Source of the DNA: a virus
Lineage: Duplodnaviria; Caudoviricetes
IMG/VR virus record: IMGVR_UViG_3300033067_000415
Span: 1 to 39,314 of that record
Direction: 5' to 3' (one strand)
DNA length: 39,314 nt
Position 1 is the stretch's first letter. Each line of letters starts with the position of its first letter. A model generated the notes under the pieces. It ran no database searches, was not told the DNA's origin, and was given only the letters and a program-made list of their open reading frames with translations. Positions 33,527-39,314 of this stretch are shown piece after piece. A program made the translations under genes and the position numbers.

Positions 33527-33931
33527 TCAGTTGTAGGTGTACCAGCTTACGACGACTGGAGTACAGAAGAATGGTGTGTCCTGATAACTGAGGCCGAGCT
33601 CAGCGTAGTCGATGCGAACCGTGACGCCGTTCCTCGTGATGTCCGTCGTTGCGTCGAACCTTGCGAGGAGAGAGTCAGCGGCTTCGAGACCCGCACCCTC
33701 CCCGACGTAAGTCGGAGAGCATACGAGCAGATTGTACAGACCCTCGTAACGCTGCATCGGATTCGGTCCGCGAACGTCAGGACGACGCGAGCGCGGAATG
33801 AACTGTGCTCGAACGAAGAGAATGTTCTCGTCGGGGTCGAACTTGATGTTCGGAGTGGCTATCGGAGGCACTCCGGACATCGTCCGCAGGTGGTTCTCCA
33901 GCACAGCGCGAATATCGTTCATGATGCTCAT
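33527..33931 (-). CDS. Tail terminator-like protein
   Basis: IRA.LE..L, N..FDP, Y.G.Y...V..P...G.G.....AD.L...F; synteny. Confidence 0.8.
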   Translation of the reverse strand: MSIMNDIRAVLENHLRTMSGVPPIATPNIKFDPDENILFVRAQFIPRSRRPDVRGPNPMQRYEGLYNLLVCSPTYVGEGAGLEAADSLLARFDATTDITRNGVTVRIDYAELGLSYQDTPFFCTPVVVSWYTYN

Positions 33932-34377
33932 AGCTTGCGCTCCGACACCATGTTTCGGATGAACTCGATCGTGTCGAGCCTCGCCCTGGAGTAGACAGCG
34001 TACCCGAATGACTTGCTCGATCCGTACTCGACGAACCTCGCGTGCAGAGCGTCATTCGCGATCACCGCAGCCCGAGCGTTCCCGATCTCCTCGGTCTGCG
34101 CGAGCATACGAGACATCGCTGCGTCAGCGTGAGCGTCCTTGGGCTGGTTCCTCGGCTTGCGGTGCGACGACTCAGTCGCCTGAGCTCCGGAGCGACCCTG
34201 CCGAACGTTGTGCGAGTCGAGATATGTTCCGGTGTCGACTGGACTGTAGTCCACCACGCGCCCGACCATGAAGCGAACAGCTTCTCTGTGGAGCTCACCG
34301 ACGGCAGAGTCCATCGCCTCCAGCGCCCGAGCGGGGCTGGTCCTACGATCGATAACTCTGATACGCGTCTTGAGCAT
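33928..34377 (-). CDS. HK97 gp10-like tail completion protein
   Basis: SPVDTG.Y..S, N...HA..VEYG. Confidence 0.8.
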   Translation of the reverse strand: MLKTRIRVIDRRTSPARALEAMDSAVGELHREAVRFMVGRVVDYSPVDTGTYLDSHNVRQGRSGAQATESSHRKPRNQPKDAHADAAMSRMLAQTEEIGNARAAVIANDALHARFVEYGSSKSFGYAVYSRARLDTIEFIRNMVSERKL

Positions 34378-34397
34378 GTAGATAGTCTCCTTGCGCC

Positions 34398-34426
34398 ATC
34401 ATACACTCTGTCGGCGCAGATAGCAA
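34398..34426 (-). promoter_or_regulatory. Internal sigma70-type promoter ahead of the tail genes
   Basis: TTGCTA-N17-TATGAT followed by AAGGAG, in a 50-nt gap. Confidence 0.7.
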
Positions 34427-34427
34427 G

Positions 34428-34790
34428 TCATCCTTGCAGTGTGCAGACATACAGAAGACCACCGTCAGTTCCGACGAATGTCTCATGAATCTTGGTGATC
34501 TTCATATTGTCACCCACCCCGACGATCACGTCGCTGGTCTCGACACTAACGGTACAGTCACCGACTGTGACGTAGGCTCGTCTAGACTGCGTCGTCGTGA
34601 GTCCAGACTGCTCGGAGTAGTCGTCGCGAGTGAACGCAACGCGAGCCTGATGGTCCGCGGTCGTGACGGTGCGAATGCCAGTGTCGACATCGTAGGATCC
34701 GGTGGACATCTTGCGAAGAGTGACGCACTGTCCGAAGTCTCGGATGAGGCTCCTCGCGCTTTTCGCGAGCTCAGTACGAGCGCTTGTCAT
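34428..34790 (-). CDS. Head closure / stopper protein
   Basis: LI..FG..VTLR....G.YD..TG; synteny. Confidence 0.75.
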   Translation of the reverse strand: MTSARTELAKSARSLIRDFGQCVTLRKMSTGSYDVDTGIRTVTTADHQARVAFTRDDYSEQSGLTTTQSRRAYVTVGDCTVSVETSDVIVGVGDNMKITKIHETFVGTDGGLLYVCTLQG

Positions 34791-35229
34791 CTCGGGTCCC
34801 CACGAGAATCTCGTCTACTGTGAACATCGAGGGAACACGATCAGGATCTTCCTCGACGGACTGAATCTCGGACAGAGACAGACCACCAGCGTCAGGCATC
34901 CCGAGACCAGTCGATCCGTACTTCTTGGACTGCTTCTCCATCTCTGTGGAGAGATCGTGATAGTGCTTCTGGCGCTGCGAGTACTTCGCCGAGATGCCAG
35001 TCTGGTCCACCGCCGTGTCCACGAGCCGACCGTAGCGTGCTGCGATTGAGCGAGCAGTGATGGCGGCAGCGGCGTAGACATCGTCTCCCGCTTGTGTCAG
35101 AGCGAAGGTAATCTCCTCATTCTGAACCTGAGGATCGTCCTTATCCACGTCGCCGACGAGGTGGCGTACAGCGTCCAGCCGCGACGACGCTGATGTCGTT
35201 CCAGGTCTTCCGCTGTACGTCCACGACAT
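34771..35229 (-). CDS. Head-tail adaptor protein
   Basis: WTYSG.P, D.VR.LVGD, Q.EEI.F.L, AA...A..IAA.Y; synteny. Confidence 0.8.
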   Translation of the reverse strand: MSWTYSGRPGTTSASSRLDAVRHLVGDVDKDDPQVQNEEITFALTQAGDDVYAAAAITARSIAARYGRLVDTAVDQTGISAKYSQRQKHYHDLSTEMEKQSKKYGSTGLGMPDAGGLSLSEIQSVEEDPDRVPSMFTVDEILVGTRDDKRSY

Positions 35230-35231
35230 GA

Positions 35232-35597
35232 TTAGACCTCACCTGCTCGATGGGCTACGATCGCCTCGCGCTGAGCGATCTTGGTTGTCTTGATGGGAGC
35301 GCCCTCCGCACGGGCGATACCCTGAAGTTCGGCCAGACTGTCGACGGCATTGACGTCAGCGGTCAGAACCTCCTTGGCCGGAGGTGCGGGGGGAGGCGTC
35401 GGTTCGACGGTCTGTTCGTCGATGTGGCCGACGTGATTGGCCTCGAACATCTGCGCGACGCGACGCTGAGCGATCGACATGCGCTTCCAGTCGAAGGGGT
35501 CCCCCTGCGAGAAGGAGCGACCCGCCGCGACAAAGTCGCGGCGAGCCACCAGAGGCTTCTTGGGATCGAAGGTTCGTTCGACGAGGCGTCTGGTCAT
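35232..35597 (-). CDS. Hypothetical head-associated protein
   Basis: 121 aa right after the capsid gene; GGAG RBS; Pro-rich linker and short helical C-terminal domain. Confidence 0.7.
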   Translation of the reverse strand: MTRRLVERTFDPKKPLVARRDFVAAGRSFSQGDPFDWKRMSIAQRRVAQMFEANHVGHIDEQTVEPTPPPAPPAKEVLTADVNAVDSLAELQGIARAEGAPIKTTKIAQREAIVAHRAGEV

Positions 35598-35615
35598 TCG
35601 TCAGTACTCCTTCGA

Positions 35616-36617
35616 TCAGGCGACGATCGTGTCCCAGAAGAAACCGAGGTCGCCAGCGACCAGCTTGTGATCGAAGGCCATGCCGCCCTCGATACGATCG
35701 GCCTCTTTCAGGTCCATCGGGATGCGCTTCATCGCGATACCGAACTCGTTGCCCTGATTCAGATAGCCGGTCCACGAGAACGTGTAGCCAGCCGACGGAG
35801 ACATCAGCGACGGGGTCGGAGCGGCATAGGTCAGAAGAGCCTTCTTGCCACCGATGAAGGAGTGGGCGTTCGTGATGCCGTCGGCAGCGGTGTTCTGGAT
35901 CGCGTTGGAGACGACGACTTCGTCGACCTCGAACAGAGTCGCCAGAGCCTGACGCGACACGCGAGCCGGATTGTTGTTGCCAACGCCGCCCGAGTACTTG
36001 ACGCGGTCGACAATATCCGGGTGATCACACAGAGCGTCGTACACGCGACGGCCGACGACGAACTTGTTCGCCTCGAAGCCCGTCGATTCCATGATGGCGC
36101 TCTTCGCGTCACGCACGTCGCCGATGGGATCGCCGTTGGTGTAGTCCGACCACTGGATGACCTGATTGGTCGAGGGCGAGGATGCAACGCCGTCGTAGTC
36201 GAAGGTCCAGACGCCGCCAGCGAAGTACTTCGACATCCAGTCGACTTCCTTGCGGATCAGCAGCTTCTGCATCACGTACTCGGACGCGGCCTGCGTCAGA
36301 TTCAGCACTGCATCGGCGTTGACCATCGTCTGCCACGGAACGTCGTGGTGGAACGACGTGACCGGAGCGTAATAGGTCGGCGTGTTGTCCAGGTTGAAGC
36401 CAGCGCCTGCCGACTCAGCGCCCGGAGCGCGAACGCGAGCCTCGTCGCGGTTGAAGTCACCGCGATCGAAGGTGTAGTAGCGATCGGACTGCTTGGACAC
36501 GGGAACGTTCGGGAAAACCCGTCCGGCCACGAAGTTGTTCCGATTCTGAAGATATGCGATGCTGATGTTGGTCAGCACGGCATCGACGTGAACCTGCATA
36601 TTGGTGGGGGTCGTCAT
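35616..36617 (-). CDS. Major capsid protein
   Basis: HVD..LTNISIAY, F.A..VFP.VPV.KQSD.YY, DPI.D, L..HPDI.DRVKY, PSAGYTF.W; follows the decoration gene. Confidence 0.93.
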   Translation of the reverse strand: MTTPTNMQVHVDAVLTNISIAYLQNRNNFVAGRVFPNVPVSKQSDRYYTFDRGDFNRDEARVRAPGAESAGAGFNLDNTPTYYAPVTSFHHDVPWQTMVNADAVLNLTQAASEYVMQKLLIRKEVDWMSKYFAGGVWTFDYDGVASSPSTNQVIQWSDYTNGDPIGDVRDAKSAIMESTGFEANKFVVGRRVYDALCDHPDIVDRVKYSGGVGNNNPARVSRQALATLFEVDEVVVSNAIQNTAADGITNAHSFIGGKKALLTYAAPTPSLMSPSAGYTFSWTGYLNQGNEFGIAMKRIPMDLKEADRIEGGMAFDHKLVAGDLGFFWDTIVA

Positions 36618-36646
36618 CTCTTTGTCTCCTGTTCAGGTCGATGCGA

Positions 36647-37015
36647 TTACGCCGAAGCGCCGCGAGGATGGAACAGCATAGCGATGATCGCACCGTTGGC
36701 ACCAGTCTCCAGCGCAGTGCCGAGAATGATGTTGCCCGTGGCGGCGTTCACAGCCTTGCCAGCACTGTCAGACGCGACGGGACCGCCGCGAGTCACGACG
36801 CCGCCGCACTTGACGCGGACGATGCCGCCGATCGCAACTTCCGCAGCGCGGCCAGCAGCGTTCGGATCGTTCTGAAGGATCCCGTCGGCGGAAAGGCCAG
36901 CGCCGAGCACTGCCACCTGACCGCTCGAGTTCACCTCAACGAAGCAGTACTGCGACGCCGACAGGTCTCCACTGGCCGGGATCGTCACAGCTTGTTTGTT
37001 GTCTTCGAAAGCCAT
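36647..37015 (-). CDS. Capsid decoration / cement protein (DUF2190-like)
   Basis: A..DLS..QY.FV, GILQN.P, G.V.V..G..V..G..V.SD..GKA, G.ALE. Confidence 0.85.
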   Translation of the reverse strand: MAFEDNKQAVTIPASGDLSASQYCFVEVNSSGQVAVLGAGLSADGILQNDPNAAGRAAEVAIGGIVRVKCGGVVTRGGPVASDSAGKAVNAATGNIILGTALETGANGAIIAMLFHPRGASA

Positions 37016-37033
37016 CTGTCTTTCTCCTCAGGC

Positions 37034-37804
37034 TCAGTTGCGTTTCATCGTCTCAGCCGCGAGCTTGCGACCTTCGGCGGATTTGATCACCTCGGCGTAT
37101 GCGGTGTGATAGGTCACACCCTTCTCCGCAGCGTAGTCTCCGGCCATCTTCTCGAGCTTGGCGGAGGGGGTCGAGTCGTCGACGAAGTCCGACCCGCGCT
37201 CTTCGAAGCTCTTCTTGACAGCCGCGTCGGCGGACTTCAGCGACTTGAGGATGGCATCGCGCACTGCCGCGTCGGAGACACCTTCCACCGCCTTCAGCAG
37301 AGCAGCCTTCTCGTCATCGGTGCCGACCATGTTCGGCATGTGCTCGACGGCACGCTTCTTCAGGTCGACGAGCTGAGCAGCCTTGCGGAGATCGTCAGCT
37401 TCCTTTGCGGACTTCTCGAGCTGAGCGAGAACCGGAGCAGGAATGGTCGACTTGGCGATCTTCTCGCCGGAGATCTCGATGAACTCCTCCTCGGTCTGAG
37501 CGGACTTCGAGATAACCATCTCGCCATCCATCTCTTCCATCGACATGCCAGCCTTCTCCATGGCGGACATCATCTTCTTGTACTTGGACTCGTAGTCCAT
37601 GTTCGCCTTCTCGAGTCCGGAGACCTGAGTCTCGAGCTCCTCGAGCTTCTTCGCGAGTTCCTCGGGATTCATACGATCCCCTCCTTTCGTTGCATCAGCT
37701 CTCTTCCACAGCACGACGGTCGATCCCTTGTTCGCCGGATCGCTCACGTGACTGATCTCGTTCAAGACCAGATTCTTGATGACATTCCGCTTACTCTGCG
37801 GCAT
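37034..37804 (-). CDS. Scaffold protein with an N-terminal protease-like peptide
   Basis: N-terminal L.EIS.V..PAN; helical E/K/A-rich body; C-terminal AY.EV. GAGGTG RBS for ATG 37804 and a second strong RBS for ATG 37672. Confidence 0.75.
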   Translation of the reverse strand: MPQSKRNVIKNLVLNEISHVSDPANKGSTVVLWKRADATKGGDRMNPEELAKKLEELETQVSGLEKANMDYESKYKKMMSAMEKAGMSMEEMDGEMVISKSAQTEEEFIEISGEKIAKSTIPAPVLAQLEKSAKEADDLRKAAQLVDLKKRAVEHMPNMVGTDDEKAALLKAVEGVSDAAVRDAILKSLKSADAAVKKSFEERGSDFVDDSTPSAKLEKMAGDYAAEKGVTYHTAYAEVIKSAEGRKLAAETMKRN

Positions 37805-39314
37805 GGCGCTCACCTCTTCCACCGATGGAGAATGCCGGAAGATCCCCCGACTTTACCCCGCTCCAGGTCGCATCGTCGAGGACCTTGAAGCCAGCGATGA
37901 GACCCTCGCGATCAGTCGTGATCCCGAGAGCGTCGGCCAGAGATTTCGAGAGCGGGAGCAGGGCGATAACCTCGCTCGTCTGCTTCCCGAAGTGCTCGGT
38001 CTTGCCGACCCGATAGTTCCGCATGAAGTCGACCGAAGCCTTGGTCAACTCCTCCATCGGGATGTGATCGCCGTGAACGTCGTAGACAGGCAAGCCTGCC
38101 TCAGTCGCGACGGAGACCCAACCCCACACGATCCGCTGCTCGTCGTCTGCCTTGATGATACTGACAGAGGAGCTGATGTTGTTCGACTTTTCCATCACAG
38201 CACCGAGGATAGCACGGATTGCAGCGTCAAGCAAGTCCCCATTTGACTCATCCTCGCTCTCAGTTTCGTCCTCGTCCTCACTCTCGGGCCACAGGGACTC
38301 GACGTAGTCCTCCTCGTCCTCGCCCGGACGGTAGTAGAGCTGACCGTCGACGATGACGTAGTGAATGTCGCCGTGCAGACCGAGATCGACGGACCGCGCC
38401 ATCGCCCCGAGCATGTCGGTGAACAGGTCGTCGGTCACCTGACGCTTCTCCACTCGCTCGGAGATACTCTTGGCCCAATCGACGCCCGTGGTGCCGCCCC
38501 ACAGCAGCCACGCCACGTGACCAGCGTCCTTCCACGGCTCGCTCTTGTACTCAGGAGCGACCTCCGAGTTCTTGCGATGACGATTGAACTGAGCCATGCG
38601 CTTCACGGTGTCCAGACTGAGCTTCTCCCCGCTCGACAGCTGATTGGCGCGAGTCCAGCCGACCTGAGTGCCGCCCTTGACTGCGTCACCGTGCTCCTTC
38701 TTCCACTCGATCGCCCTCCGAGCGTTGTTCCGAGCCGACTCAGGCGGGAGGTAGCCCTCCGCCTTCCTGACCTTGCGGCGGCGAGAGCGCCAGTCGGTGG
38801 AGGGAACGTGAACTGCGTCGGTGGTCGGGTCGCTCTTCTCCACGACCTTGTCGGACCAGTTCGGGTCGATGGGTCGGTAGGTCAGAGGACCGAGAACGAT
38901 GTCTCCGTCGAAGGGCTCGATCGAGTTGACGTCGAAGTCCGGACCCGCCGAGTACGTCAGCGAGATGTGAGGCTGATATCCGTCCCAGCTCCAGGATGCA
39001 CCAATGCGACGATGATCGAGCCACTCCTGCGTCAGATCAAGCGAGTCGAGCTTGAGGACCAGAGCATTCTTCTCGGAGCCGAACAGATCGAGGGTCCGCT
39101 TGCCGCCGCGAATGATGCGCCTGTCCGCCCACATGCCGACAGGATCCGACAGCATCGGGTCAGGTGCAGACATGAACGGAGTCTTCGAGTAGACGACCGT
39201 GACGTGCATGTCGTCCGGCAGAAGGGTCTTCTCGAGACCGCTCGACTGCGCCCACGCAACGATCTCCTCGGCGTTCAGGACCGGACGGAATCCGTACAGA
39301 GGAACGGCACCGCT
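37791..39314 (-). CDS. Multidomain head protein (5' end outside the window): Acb1-like 2H phosphoesterase, middle domain, XkdF-like prohead protease
   Basis: Frame is open to the window edge (SGAVPLYGFRPVLNAEEIVAWAQ...DDMHVTVVYS). 2H motifs HVT and PHIS. C-terminal QRIVWGW, D.HGD.I, EH, FSIGG. Confidence 0.85.
   Translation of the reverse strand, partial: SGAVPLYGFRPVLNAEEIVAWAQSSGLEKTLLPDDMHVTVVYSKTPFMSAPDPMLSDPVGMWADRRIIRGGKRTLDLFGSEKNALVLKLDSLDLTQEWLDHRRIGASWSWDGYQPHISLTYSAGPDFDVNSIEPFDGDIVLGPLTYRPIDPNWSDKVVEKSDPTTDAVHVPSTDWRSRRRKVRKAEGYLPPESARNNARRAIEWKKEHGDAVKGGTQVGWTRANQLSSGEKLSLDTVKRMAQFNRHRKNSEVAPEYKSEPWKDAGHVAWLLWGGTTGVDWAKSISERVEKRQVTDDLFTDMLGAMARSVDLGLHGDIHYVIVDGQLYYRPGEDEEDYVESLWPESEDEDETESEDESNGDLLDAAIRAILGAVMEKSNNISSSVSIIKADDEQRIVWGWVSVATEAGLPVYDVHGDHIPMEELTKASVDFMRNYRVGKTEHFGKQTSEVIALLPLSKSLADALGITTDREGLIAGFKVLDDATWSGVKSGDLPAFSIGGRGERHAAE

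Noticed and set aside
139-37888. Many long plus-strand ORFs (for example 7029-8438, 13373-14638, 30121-31827, 32537-33994, 35250-36875) and minus-strand 16368-17873
   Set aside because: They lie antisense to genes with clear motifs, have no recognisable domains, and are expected shadows in GC-rich coding DNA.
1-39314. Frequent palindromes (GTCGAC, CTCGAG, GAGCTC, GATC) as evidence of protection from restriction
   Set aside because: Consistent with modified DNA but also with codon bias; it needs an observed/expected k-mer calculation that I could not run.
1-39314. Prophage or gene transfer agent interpretation
   Set aside because: No integrase, repressor, att site or host genes are seen, and a full replication module is present. 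Lifestyle cannot be settled from this window.

Overview
A 39.3-kb piece of a GC-rich tailed dsDNA phage (siphovirus-type). The host is probably an alphaproteobacterium, inferred from gene style and promoter shape rather than shown. Nearly all real genes are on the minus strand; the long plus-strand ORFs in the track are antisense shadows, except one SNF2 helicase. Right half (39314 to 18010): head genes, head-tail and tail genes with a -1 frameshift chaperone pair, tape measure, tail tip, a Gly-rich fibre cluster and a lysis cassette. Left half (16075 to 1): replication genes (SSB-like, AEP primase, UvrD-like helicase, start of a family A polymerase), a mosaic cassette of small genes, and a thymidine-modification gene set. 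That set comprises dCTP deaminase, a dUMP-type thymidylate synthase homologue (5-hmdU synthase type), an HD hydrolase, an aGPT-Pplase1/HMUDK-helical protein, a GT-A glycosyltransferase of the base-J/TAGT type, a phosphomannose-isomerase-like cupin and two glycosylase-fold proteins. Best leads: (1) a candidate pathway for sugar-modified 5-hydroxymethyluracil (base-J-like DNA) in a phage; (2) an Acb1-like 2H phosphodiesterase fused to the prohead protease and flanked by likely self-cleavage sites; (3) a split protease/scaffold; (4) a motif-permuted GHKL ATPase; (5) a six-copy promoter/leader motif. All family assignments come from motif recognition by eye; no searches were run. Many starts were re-called relative to the ORF track using RBS and stop/start overlaps. 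No integrase, tRNA, rRNA or CRISPR array was seen.
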